Virus record (IMG/VR): IMGVR_UViG_3300050821_005889
Origin: a virus
Length of the DNA: 64,000 nt
Strand: one strand, 5' to 3'
Of this stretch, positions 50,999-58,889 are shown piece by piece (the stretch's first letter is position 1; each line of letters starts with the position of its first letter). The notes under the pieces were generated by a model that worked only from the letters and a program-made list of their open reading frames with translations, did not search any database and was not told the origin of the DNA. Position numbers and translations under genes: made by a program.

Positions 50999-51321
50999 TT
51001 CTTGTACGCCTTCTTCGTTTTGAGCTTCTGCTCCTTGCTCCCGAAGTTCCATTCCTTGTGTGCCAGGTATTTCTTCGCCCATAATTTTCTATCTGTTTTT
51101 ACTTGTTGCGGAATTTCATTTTTTATAAATACTACCTTTGAGTCCGGCTCCGGCGTGACCATTAATTCGACACCAAGATAAGCAAGCATTTTCACTATTT
51201 CATCAATGGTCAAATTGAGTTTTCTTTCATTACGCAATTTAAAATTACAGGTTCCGTAGTTGTACCATATAAACCACTTGGTCATATCATCATCTGGTAC
51301 GCCCATCATTCCAAGCAGCAT
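50959..51321 (-). CDS. hypothetical protein with HTH-like segment (120 aa)
   Basis: ATG at 51321, 13 nt after the upstream stop (the track start 51507 overlaps that gene). LTIDEIVKMLAYLGVEL. Confidence 0.45.
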   Translation of the reverse strand: MLLGMMGVPDDDMTKWFIWYNYGTCNFKLRNERKLNLTIDEIVKMLAYLGVELMVTPEPDSKVVFIKNEIPQQVKTDRKLWAKKYLAHKEWNFGSKEQKLKTKKAYKKWASKRFGTARLR

Positions 51322-51334
51322 AGGATAGACAATC

Positions 51335-51784
51335 TTAGCTTCTTTTAACCTTTGCTGCACCAACATCCTCAACCCCTTGCTTTGAATCAGGATTGTCTTT
51401 AAAAGATTCAAATGGTGCAAAGATTGTTTCTTCATGACATCTTGAAATGACCTGTAAATATAGGGAAGTAAACATAGAATCGTTATAAGACATTTTATCC
51501 CTGGCATAATTGGAGTAATAAACTACCATAGTACTCTTTTTGCACTTAAGCTCGTCCCTTATGATATTGAGGGACAGGCTGGGATAAAGAAGGACACGCA
51601 TTATGTGGCAGTAAATAGCCCTGGCAATGGTCAGATGAGCACTTCCCCGGACGTTACTGCCATCCAGCTCAATGCTGGCTCCGTCTGTGACCACTTCCTC
51701 ACACAGTTGTCGCAGGCAACTCTTTACTTTGTTGATGTATTGCAGGGAGTAGATGTTCTCCTGCACTTTCAGTTTGGCTGGCAT
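51335..51784 (-). CDS. DnaA-domain-IV-like HTH protein
   Basis: ATG at 51784 (the track start 51793 is TTG). SAHLTIARAIYCHIMRVLLYPSLSLNIIRDELKCKKSTMVVYYSNYA resembles the DnaA C-terminal DNA-binding fold pattern. Weak call. Confidence 0.4.
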   Translation of the reverse strand: MPAKLKVQENIYSLQYINKVKSCLRQLCEEVVTDGASIELDGSNVRGSAHLTIARAIYCHIMRVLLYPSLSLNIIRDELKCKKSTMVVYYSNYARDKMSYNDSMFTSLYLQVISRCHEETIFAPFESFKDNPDSKQGVEDVGAAKVKRS

Positions 51785-51790
51785 GATAGC

Positions 51791-51798
51791 CAAATATA
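51791..51798 (-). promoter_or_regulatory. -7 box TATATTTG, 6 nt from the ATG
   Basis: Minus strand: TATATTTG-GCTATC-ATG(51784). Confidence 0.35.
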
Positions 51799-51799
51799 C

Positions 51800-52138
51800 C
51801 TATTTCTTTATCCTCCAGGTATGGTTTGGTTTGGTAAATGCTCCTTTGCGCATTGTGGACATCTTTTCCAGGAATGGCTCCTTACAGTTAGTAAGGCTGT
51901 GCATTGCCCGGCGTATATCTGTAAGCAGGAATTTATAGCCGCTTTCGTTCAGTATCTTAAACACGTCAGCCGGGGTAAATCCGTTACGGGGGTCAAACTT
52001 AGTAAAGATGAGCCTGACGGCCTCTTCCTGCTTTAAGTTCTGAGTAAAGGCTATTTCCAATTGTTCCCCCTTGAGGTGGATGGTGTTATAGAATTGTCCT
52101 TTAGGAATATCTGTTTGATTTTGTATTTTAGGCATCAT
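51800..52138 (-). CDS. hypothetical protein (112 aa)
   Basis: ATG doublet at 52138/52135. The longer track start 52186 overlaps the upstream gene. Confidence 0.55.
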   Translation of the reverse strand: MMPKIQNQTDIPKGQFYNTIHLKGEQLEIAFTQNLKQEEAVRLIFTKFDPRNGFTPADVFKILNESGYKFLLTDIRRAMHSLTNCKEPFLEKMSTMRKGAFTKPNHTWRIKK

Positions 52139-52319
52139 TTTTATTTTCAGTAGGTGAACCAAGCAATGCAACTTCTTCAAGGTCAAACTTAAAATTCCAT
52201 TTACTTTGTGTGATAAGATATTCCGCTTTATTCTTCGGTCTTAATAACTTATATATATCTCCAACAAGTACCTTATTTCTGTCTTTAAGTTTCTGATATG
52301 ATGATTTACTATTAGGCAT
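52128..52319 (-). CDS. hypothetical protein (63 aa)
   Basis: ATG at 52319 (MPNSKSSYQKLK...), an 8-nt overlap with the upstream stop. Confidence 0.45.
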   Translation of the reverse strand: MPNSKSSYQKLKDRNKVLVGDIYKLLRPKNKAEYLITQSKWNFKFDLEEVALLGSPTENKNDA

Positions 52320-52800
52320 ATTGTAGCTCCAGTTCCGGGTGGTGTTTAAATGCGTCCTTGTAGGATGGGTCATTAATACCATCCAGTTCCATGAGAACAT
52401 CCATGACAGCCATCAACCCGTTATATTGGTCGGCTATGATTTCGGATTCAGAATAATTTTTATAAGAGATACTTCTTTCTATTTTAGTGGCAGATTCAAA
52501 TGCGTACTCTATTTTAGCTATATCAGATGGATTATACCCGGTTAGCGCCTCAACCTTTTCACCAATACCCTTCTCATAAAATACACTACTACCGTTCACT
52601 ATAAACAAAATTATTCCGTACCAGTAAATTCCCCTATCGACCACTTTATCACATCCATCTTCATGTATAATTACAGGTAATCCTTCTGCATGTCGAACAA
52701 TATTTCCAACTGCACAAGCGCTACAACTCCCCTTCTCTAATGTCCCATTATAAAACCCTTTAACCAGGGCGTCATAAGCATTCTGAAATCTTTTTGTCAT
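52312..52800 (-). CDS. hypothetical protein (162 aa), C-x-x-C-A-[IV]-G family
   Basis: GSCSACAVGNIV and DIAKIEYAFES motifs shared with the 2714..3301 product. Confidence 0.65.
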   Translation of the reverse strand: MTKRFQNAYDALVKGFYNGTLEKGSCSACAVGNIVRHAEGLPVIIHEDGCDKVVDRGIYWYGIILFIVNGSSVFYEKGIGEKVEALTGYNPSDIAKIEYAFESATKIERSISYKNYSESEIIADQYNGLMAVMDVLMELDGINDPSYKDAFKHHPELELQYA

Positions 52801-52804
52801 CGTT

Positions 52805-53242
52805 TTAGTTTTTAGTTTGTTTATTAATTAGTTTAAATTGAAAGCATAACATAGCACTATCCCTGGCATGTTCATTTGTTTTGCCGGTATAGCCTGTGAC
52901 CTTACTGAAATAGTCAGCCTTCATCTTGGTTCTATTATTCTTAGGGGCTACCATTTCATGAGGAATCTTAAGGTCTGTAAGGAAGTCTTCCCATATTTTA
53001 GAATCCCGTTTCACTGACCCAGCCCCTTGCAGCACCTCCCGTCCCCGGTCTTTGGGAATCCACTTGCGTTTACGGGCATCTTCTACCCGGACATATAAGT
53101 CACTATCTTTTCTGAACATAAACTCCACCAAACTCAAAGCCTGGTGTACCATACCAGATTCACACATAGTCAACCGCTTCTGTTCTGTGTCCCAAATGGA
53201 AATACCTGTGTTTACACCTACATCTATACCTATCACCTTCAT
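52805..53242 (-). CDS. RuvC-like Holliday junction resolvase
   Basis: 145 aa. MKVIGIDVGVNTG at the N-terminus, VRVEDAR in the middle and EHARDSAML near the C-terminus, in RuvC-fold catalytic order. Confidence 0.6.
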   Translation of the reverse strand: MKVIGIDVGVNTGISIWDTEQKRLTMCESGMVHQALSLVEFMFRKDSDLYVRVEDARKRKWIPKDRGREVLQGAGSVKRDSKIWEDFLTDLKIPHEMVAPKNNRTKMKADYFSKVTGYTGKTNEHARDSAMLCFQFKLINKQTKN

Positions 53243-53406
53243 TTTCCCTTAGCCTGTTTATGTAATATCATAGTGAACATCAAGTCACCGGCTATTGAAC
53301 TGCATGACCTGCGGGTCTTTTTGTGTTCCTTCTCAATATAAGATACCACATCGGCATCTATTGTCCAGCAGACCGCTACTTTATTCTTTCGTTTTATTGT
53401 TGGCAT
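53239..53406 (-). CDS. ribbon-helix-helix-like small DNA-binding protein (55 aa)
   Basis: MPTIKRKNKVAVCWTIDADVVSYIEKEHKKTRRSCSSIAGDLMFTMILHKQAKGK has a beta-strand then two helices. ATGA overlap with the RuvC-like start. Confidence 0.45.
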   Translation of the reverse strand: MPTIKRKNKVAVCWTIDADVVSYIEKEHKKTRRSCSSIAGDLMFTMILHKQAKGK

Positions 53407-53412
53407 TGTTTG

Positions 53413-53420
53413 CAAATGTA
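53413..53420 (-). promoter_or_regulatory. -7 box TACATTTG, 6 nt from the ATG
   Basis: Minus strand: TACATTTG-CAAACA-ATG(53406). Confidence 0.35.
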
Positions 53421-53445
53421 GTATATTATATTCATAGTATGAAAA

Positions 53446-53925
53446 CTATTTTCTACCATGCTCCTTTCTATGACAATCTATACAGAGTATAAGTAAATCG
53501 CCTGGCTCCTCTTTAAAAATTCTATCGTACGTTAAATGATGTATATGTAAATACCTTCTATCGCAAGATTTGCCGCAGCGCTGACAAACTTCACCCCTTT
53601 CAGCTAATAGCCTTAGCCTTATATTTCGCCATTCTTTACTCTTAAGGTAATCGTGATATTCTTTCTTATATGCCGCTATTTCCTTTTTAGTCCTTCCCTT
53701 GAAGCCCCTTACTGAATCAGGGTTAATATTTTTCTCGTTTCTATAAAAATCAATAAACCACCGCTTAGGACTTCCGTGAATCTGATACCCGTACATTTCT
53801 GCAAAGGCTATTATCAAAACATTCTGTTTCGACATTGGATATACTACATAGCCACCCTTGCGTAAATGACTAATAAGATACCTTCTCGCCTCGTTTAAAA
53901 ACCGTAAATTAGCTCTTTTTCCCAT
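53446..53925 (-). CDS. HNH endonuclease
   Basis: CQRCGKSCDRRYLHIHHLTYDRIFKEEPGDLLILCIDCHRKEH is the canonical CxxC...HH...CxxCH HNH zinc-finger motif. Confidence 0.8.
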   Translation of the reverse strand: MGKRANLRFLNEARRYLISHLRKGGYVVYPMSKQNVLIIAFAEMYGYQIHGSPKRWFIDFYRNEKNINPDSVRGFKGRTKKEIAAYKKEYHDYLKSKEWRNIRLRLLAERGEVCQRCGKSCDRRYLHIHHLTYDRIFKEEPGDLLILCIDCHRKEHGRK

Positions 53926-53940
53926 GCCTTATTTTTGAAT

Positions 53941-54759
53941 CTATATTAAGCCGGTAATGTGGTCTGGCCTTGCCTGCCATATACATCCCTCTCTAAAATA
54001 TTCGTAAGACCTGTGTATATACCAGGATAGCCTTTCCAGGTACACCTTATAAGAAACTCCTGCGAGAATCAGTTCCGGCTTAGATTTTTTAAACCTGATG
54101 ACCTTCTTTTTATGAAGTTCCTTTTTAAGTCTACGTCCTGTTGATTTACTTCGCCCACAAAGGATTCCTGATAATTTATCTGATATAAAAACAATGGGTT
54201 TATGTCCATATTTATTTTTACCTTTTACCGGCATTGACTGTTGACATCTTTTCCTATTGTAATTAGATTTGATAAGCAATCCTCTTATGTGTACTACTAC
54301 GTCATGTTTGGAGCCATTTTTAAATGAAATTATTTTGTATGTGTGGGTGTATCCTGTCAGTTCTTTAGTGGCTCTGTTGATAGATACTAAATGCCATCCA
54401 TGCTTATTTTTCCAGGCAAGTCCAAGCTCCCTTAAGGCTTTAAGCCAGTTTGCAAGTGTGTTACGGTTAATGCCCTGATGTGTTAAGTTATGGATGTGTC
54501 CTGATTTCCATTTTCGTTTGAGCTTAAGCCAGATGGCAAGCATTGGGATATGGTTATTATCTGCCGCCCATTTAACTAAAGGGAATGAGACCTTTATAGT
54601 GTCTCGGTTGAAATGCGAAAGCCCCCTGGGTTGAACAGGAGGCTTTGCAGTATGCTTAGGCGTGCGGGTGCTTAGTCCGCTTATTACCGTTGGAGAATCT
54701 TTCGATTCAAACGCCTTTAGCGGGTCTTCAACTGTACAAATATAGGCACTATTATTCAA
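53941..54759 (-). CDS. hypothetical DNA-binding-like protein (272 aa), non-ATG start
   Basis: The track start is TTG and the first in-frame ATG is codon 73. INRNTLANWLKALRELGLAWKNKHGWHLVS looks wHTH-like. Basic C-terminal half. Confidence 0.55.
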   Translation of the reverse strand: MNNSAYICTVEDPLKAFESKDSPTVISGLSTRTPKHTAKPPVQPRGLSHFNRDTIKVSFPLVKWAADNNHIPMLAIWLKLKRKWKSGHIHNLTHQGINRNTLANWLKALRELGLAWKNKHGWHLVSINRATKELTGYTHTYKIISFKNGSKHDVVVHIRGLLIKSNYNRKRCQQSMPVKGKNKYGHKPIVFISDKLSGILCGRSKSTGRRLKKELHKKKVIRFKKSKPELILAGVSYKVYLERLSWYIHRSYEYFREGCIWQARPDHITGLI

Positions 54760-54934
54760 CGGTAATAAAATTTAAGCATCACAAATATGTTAATAATTTT
54801 ATTACCTGCCAACTTTGTTTATCCCCACAACAAATGTTAATATTGCAGGCAGGAAGGAGGCTGGCAGGAGTTCAAATCTCTCTTGGTGCCGCAAGGCGCT
54901 ATAGTTTAATTGGCGGAGAACACCTTCCTTACAT

Positions 54935-55007
54935 TGCGGTGTAGAGCAGTTGGTAGCTCGTCAGGCTCATAACTTGAAGGCCGGTGGTTCGAGTCCACTC
55001 ACCGCTA
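54935..55007 (+). tRNA. tRNA-Met-type (anticodon CAU)
   Basis: Cloverleaf folded by hand. D-arm GAGC-AGTTGGTA-GCTC. Anticodon arm TCAGG-CTCATAA-CTTGA. T-arm GGTGG-TTCGAGT-CCACT. The acceptor has 6 bp plus a U1:U72 mismatch, with discriminator A. No encoded CCA. Confidence 0.7.
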
Positions 55008-55025
55008 CAACTAAACTAAAAACGA

Positions 55026-55484
55026 ATGTGGGAACGATTCAGACACAGGTGGTTCAGACGACATCACCATCACAAACATCACTTAGTATTCAAATTAATT
55101 CACAAACATAATAATCACATGGCCAACTACATCACAACCCTGGAACTTCCAGATTCAACCCCGGCTCCCATTACAGTACAACTGGTGGGACTGGCGGCAG
55201 ACGGCGTTACCGTACTGCCAATTACCAACATTGCCTTTGCTTCTACAAGCACAGCCGTATTCACTATTGCCCAGGAAACAGCTAATCCTGCCAATGTAGA
55301 CATTACCATTGTAGCTGCCGGAACAGGCACTATTAATGGGACTGCTACATTCTCAGATGGCTCTACCGGGTCAGCAGTACTTACTGTAATCTTCGATGCT
55401 ATTGCTAAAACAGCTTCACTGGTATGGTCTTTAGTTAGCCCTGCACCAGCAGCTCCAGCAGCAGCACCTGTAGTTACAGCGTAA
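55026..55484 (+). CDS. Ig-like domain protein with His/Arg-rich N-terminal extension
   Basis: The ATG at 55026 is preceded by ACAACTAAACTAAAAACGA, nearly identical to the leader of 20417. N-terminus is MWERFRHRWFRRHHHHKHH. The beta-rich body has an Ala/Pro tail. Alternative start at 55119 (MANYITT). Confidence 0.6.
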   Translation: MWERFRHRWFRRHHHHKHHLVFKLIHKHNNHMANYITTLELPDSTPAPITVQLVGLAADGVTVLPITNIAFASTSTAVFTIAQETANPANVDITIVAAGTGTINGTATFSDGSTGSAVLTVIFDAIAKTASLVWSLVSPAPAAPAAAPVVTA

Positions 55485-55570
55485 AAAATGGCGGGGACAT
55501 CTATGGCGGGGCTATAGATTCATAAGGGTACCCTGATAATGCAAGAGAGCAATCTCTTTTTTGGAAGAAG

Positions 55571-55615
55571 GCCGAAAGGTGGTTCCGTCAGACGTACCAT
55601 TCTTTCGGCTTTTTT
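55571..55615 (+). terminator. rho-independent terminator
   Basis: GCCGAAAG-23 nt-CTTTCGGC followed by TTTTTT. Lies inside the 5' part of track ORF 55539..55889. Confidence 0.6.
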
Positions 55616-55618
55616 GTG

Positions 55619-55626
55619 TATATTTG
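55619..55626 (+). promoter_or_regulatory. -7 box TATATTTG, 5 nt from the ATG
   Basis: TATATTTG-TAGAC-ATG(55632). Confidence 0.35.
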
Positions 55627-55631
55627 TAGAC

Positions 55632-55889
55632 ATGATAGTCAGAAAAGAGAAGGATTTGGCAGATATAATAAAAGCTGCCATGAAGGCCAGCAAGCATAAT
55701 AAACTCAGTTTATCTTCTGCATCCGGCGTACAGCGCTCAGGTATCTATGGGTACCTGTCCGGTAAAAAATCTATTACCATGAGGACGTTTGTAAAGCTGA
55801 TGGCTGCTATGAATTACGAGGTGGATATGAAGTTGATTCTTCTGCCGCCTGTTGTTAAGCAGGCAGAACCAGAACAACAAAAAGTTTAA
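55632..55889 (+). CDS. XRE-type HTH transcriptional regulator (85 aa)
   Basis: LADIIKAAMKASKHNKLSLSSASGVQRSGIYGYLSGKKSITMRTFVKLMAAM. The start was moved to the ATG downstream of the terminator. Confidence 0.55.
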   Translation: MIVRKEKDLADIIKAAMKASKHNKLSLSSASGVQRSGIYGYLSGKKSITMRTFVKLMAAMNYEVDMKLILLPPVVKQAEPEQQKV

Positions 55890-55943
55890 TACCTTTGCTC
55901 CCTCCAGGGGTGTCATACCCTCCAGTTTAGTTAGTGTTTAGAG

Positions 55944-55978
55944 GCCGGAAGTTTCTCATCGTTCTTCCGGCTTTTTTT
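55944..55978 (+). terminator. rho-independent terminator
   Basis: GCCGGAAG-12 nt-CTTCCGGC followed by TTTTTTT. Confidence 0.75.
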
Positions 55979-56038
55979 ATGCCTGTTAATTTCTTATTTT
56001 AATAACTATCTGTAAATAATCTATATTTATCGGCTATA

Positions 56039-56653
56039 ATGAACGTTGTAGACGACCAGCAAGATAGTACCGGGATAAAGGTGAGGTTATTCATGCCTCC
56101 CAAAAAGCCCAAGACCATGAAGGAAGCCTATCCCGAATTGGCAGCCGTACCGGAATTTGAAGAGCTGGACGACAATGAACTTCGTTATGTATATTATTTT
56201 GCCTGTAAGGATTCCCCTTTCTATAATGATTTCCCTATACGGGTAAAAGAGTCTAAATGTTTTGATACAGCCTTTGGTAAACACAGGGAAGTGGAAGGAA
56301 GGAAAGCGGCTTTTATAGGCGACATGAAGGATGAGCACATCGTTAAGGCTATCATAGCCATGAAGATGTATTCTCCTACTATTCGCCAGCGCGCCCAGAA
56401 GATGACCAATATGATGCTGGATGAATATGAGAATATGATTCTTGCATTCAAGAACAGGATATGGCTATCACCCGATGATGCAAAACCTTATGTGGAACTG
56501 ACTGTGAAGATAACCTCTGCATTGCCGGAACTTGTTAAACAGGCAGAGCATGGGTATGGTATAACAGAAAGAGCAAAAGGGAACAATGCTTCGGAAGAAC
56601 GTGAGGAAGATGGAATTTTTGAAAACGCAATGAACACAATAGACCCAACTTAA
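56039..56653 (+). CDS. hypothetical protein (204 aa) upstream of portal; a small-terminase role is possible but unsupported
   Basis: ATG at 56039. Position only. Confidence 0.6.
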   Translation: MNVVDDQQDSTGIKVRLFMPPKKPKTMKEAYPELAAVPEFEELDDNELRYVYYFACKDSPFYNDFPIRVKESKCFDTAFGKHREVEGRKAAFIGDMKDEHIVKAIIAMKMYSPTIRQRAQKMTNMMLDEYENMILAFKNRIWLSPDDAKPYVELTVKITSALPELVKQAEHGYGITERAKGNNASEEREEDGIFENAMNTIDPT

Positions 56654-56656
56654 AAC

Positions 56657-58888
56657 ATGATATTCCCAACAGTCTCCCAAACCATGCACCCTTCCAGAAC
56701 CTTACCGGAATCCGAGAAAGGGGAAGAGTATCACGTACAGTGGGGTAGGTACATACTATCACAAACCAATAACCCCATGTCGTTGTATAATATATACAAG
56801 TATATTATCAACTGGAATTTCTATAAAGGCAATCAATGGATAATGAATGAAGACCTTGAGCCGTTCCTTAAGGACGATAGCGGGGATGTGCGCAACCGTA
56901 TTCGTTGGTGTTACAATATTATACGTCCTTTTGTGCGTTCCCTTACCGGCAATTCCATTCTTAATTCCTATACAGTACGAGCTTATAACACTTCTGCTTA
57001 TGTTGTTAAGCAGCGAGAAGAAGAGAAGGCCAAGCGGCTCCAGGCACATAAAATGATGGAGGGCATGCCTGCTTTAAAAAAATCATGGAGCAGCAAGATG
57101 AACCTGGGAAAGACTCCGCAGGAATCGCTGGATAATTTCAGTAATGATAATATTGACATAGGAGAAATGCAGATGAACGCCCTTTTCCGCAGGGTGGAAC
57201 GTATGTCAAACTTCACCATGATGGACGAAGAGATAGTAAAGAACCTGGCGCTGGGCGGAATAGCCACTGTAAAAGAAGAGGTGATAAACGGAGAGTGGTG
57301 CGAACGCGTGATAGACCCTACTTATACTGTTATAGATACTTCTGCAACCTTGCCCGACCTGTCAGATGCTTCCTTTGGAGGAGACCTTGACCTGGATGAT
57401 GTGACCCAGACCTTTGAGAAGTGGCCGGGACTCACAGATAGCGAAAGAGAAAAAATAGAACACTATGCAATGGCTGCCCAATGGCTCCAGAGCAGGTTTG
57501 ATTTCTGGACAAGGTTATTTGGTTCTATGTATGGAAGGGTGCCTATGTATAACTTATACTGGCACGACACAGAACCGCTTAAGTATGGATATATTAAAGA
57601 TGAGAACGGTCTTACCATGTCTATCATCGACCATCCCAACAGCAAGTACACACAGAAGGATATAGTTCGTAAATCAAAACTACCTGCGGAGAAGAGAATA
57701 AAAGAAATGCAGGAGAGCGGGGTTCACATTAAGCATAAAGATATTATACGCTATATCTCTTTCATACCGGCAGAACTGGTTGGAGAAAATATAGTGGGCG
57801 AATATGGTGTGTATCCTTATGATGAGGTGTATGATGAAGCCCCATTTGTAAATAAGCTACCTTATAAATATGCTACATACGATTACCGTTACGGAGAACT
57901 ACTTACTCCTACCGATACAATAGTTGACCCGCAACGTATGATGAACAGGTATCTTTCTATGATGGAGGGAGCCCTTAATAGTATGCGTGGTGCCAGTTAT
58001 ATTTACGATAAGGGTATTATGGCGGACGAGGATGATGGGGAGTCGGAGATGAAGCGCAAGATGAATAAATCAGAGCCTATCGGGGTAGACGCTTCGCGTT
58101 ACGGAGGCAATGTGCAGAATGCTATTGTGCCTTATAGTAATACCGATATGCTTAACGCCGCCACCGGGTACACTACCATCCTCAATAATATAAAACTGAT
58201 GACCGAAAATACTACCGGGGTCAACCAGTATATGCAGGGGTTGGGAGCCGGTAAGAAATTAGCCGTGGGAGTACAGCAAAGCTCCATCGAACAGGGCACC
58301 CTAATGCAGCAGTCCTTCTATGCCCGTGTAGCTAATTTGTACCTGGACATCTATAAGAACATAGCTAACAGGGGACGTAAGTTCTACGCAAAAGATTCAA
58401 AGATTATCTATGAGATGCTTCACGGTTCTTTGCAGGAGTTTAAATTTTTAAAGGATAACAGGTACCAGAATTTCCATGTAGAGCTTCGCAGGGTACCGGA
58501 TTCCTTTACGGACATCGACCAGGTGAACCAGATGTTGTTCCAGTTAAAGCAACTTGACCTTATAGGAGATGAACAATTTGCTACCCTGTTTAGTCGCGCA
58601 GAACTTGACCAGGTTTCTTCTGCTATATTGGAATATACGCGTAGTAAACAGAGGTTATCAGACCACATGCAGCAGGAGCAGCAACAGCAAAAACAGGAAG
58701 CGCAGGGTCAGCAACAGCAGGAGCGCCAGGATACATTTAACATGGCCAACAGCGATAAGCAGTTTAAGCTCATGGAGGAACATCTTAAGGGAGCCAATAA
58801 AATTGATGCCATAAAAGCTAAGGGAGATACCGACCTGGCATACCAGATGCTGATTGCAAAAAGTAAAGAAAATCAAAACCAGGAATAA
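56657..58888 (+). CDS. putative portal protein
   Basis: 743 aa. No Walker A motif, which argues against terminase. Has the N-terminal INWNFYKGNQW motif and a Gln/Glu-rich coiled-coil C-terminus (QQEQQQQKQEAQGQQQQERQ). Confidence 0.55.
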   Translation: MIFPTVSQTMHPSRTLPESEKGEEYHVQWGRYILSQTNNPMSLYNIYKYIINWNFYKGNQWIMNEDLEPFLKDDSGDVRNRIRWCYNIIRPFVRSLTGNSILNSYTVRAYNTSAYVVKQREEEKAKRLQAHKMMEGMPALKKSWSSKMNLGKTPQESLDNFSNDNIDIGEMQMNALFRRVERMSNFTMMDEEIVKNLALGGIATVKEEVINGEWCERVIDPTYTVIDTSATLPDLSDASFGGDLDLDDVTQTFEKWPGLTDSEREKIEHYAMAAQWLQSRFDFWTRLFGSMYGRVPMYNLYWHDTEPLKYGYIKDENGLTMSIIDHPNSKYTQKDIVRKSKLPAEKRIKEMQESGVHIKHKDIIRYISFIPAELVGENIVGEYGVYPYDEVYDEAPFVNKLPYKYATYDYRYGELLTPTDTIVDPQRMMNRYLSMMEGALNSMRGASYIYDKGIMADEDDGESEMKRKMNKSEPIGVDASRYGGNVQNAIVPYSNTDMLNAATGYTTILNNIKLMTENTTGVNQYMQGLGAGKKLAVGVQQSSIEQGTLMQQSFYARVANLYLDIYKNIANRGRKFYAKDSKIIYEMLHGSLQEFKFLKDNRYQNFHVELRRVPDSFTDIDQVNQMLFQLKQLDLIGDEQFATLFSRAELDQVSSAILEYTRSKQRLSDHMQQEQQQQKQEAQGQQQQERQDTFNMANSDKQFKLMEEHLKGANKIDAIKAKGDTDLAYQMLIAKSKENQNQE

Positions 58889-58889
58889 G

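Noticed and set aside
54850-54934. A second tRNA upstream of tRNA(CAU)
   Set aside because: GGAG-TTCAAAT-CTCT (about 54867..54881) looks like a T-arm, and GCGCTATAGTTTAATTGGCGGAGAAC (about 54895..54920) looks like an acceptor/D-arm. However, no complementary acceptor strands or anticodon arm can be paired. These may be tRNA fragments, and no integrase is present to support an attP reading.
54690-54944. Plus-strand ORF of 84 aa in the divergent gap
   Set aside because: It overlaps the 5' end of the opposite gene and runs into the tRNA. It has no leader motif and its product is low complexity.
55756-55935. 59-codon antisense ORF preceded by an ACTAACTAAAC motif, opposite the HTH regulator gene
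   Set aside because: It lies fully antisense to a better-supported gene, and the start region overlaps terminator-proximal repeats (CCCTCCAG x2). It is noted under the leader-motif finding but is not credible as a CDS without expression data.
56657-58888. Terminase large subunit for the 743-aa ORF
   Set aside because: I found no Walker A (GxxxxGK[ST]) or nuclease motif. The N-terminal NWNFYKGNQW motif and the Gln-rich coiled-coil tail fit a portal better. The call is still only moderate in confidence.
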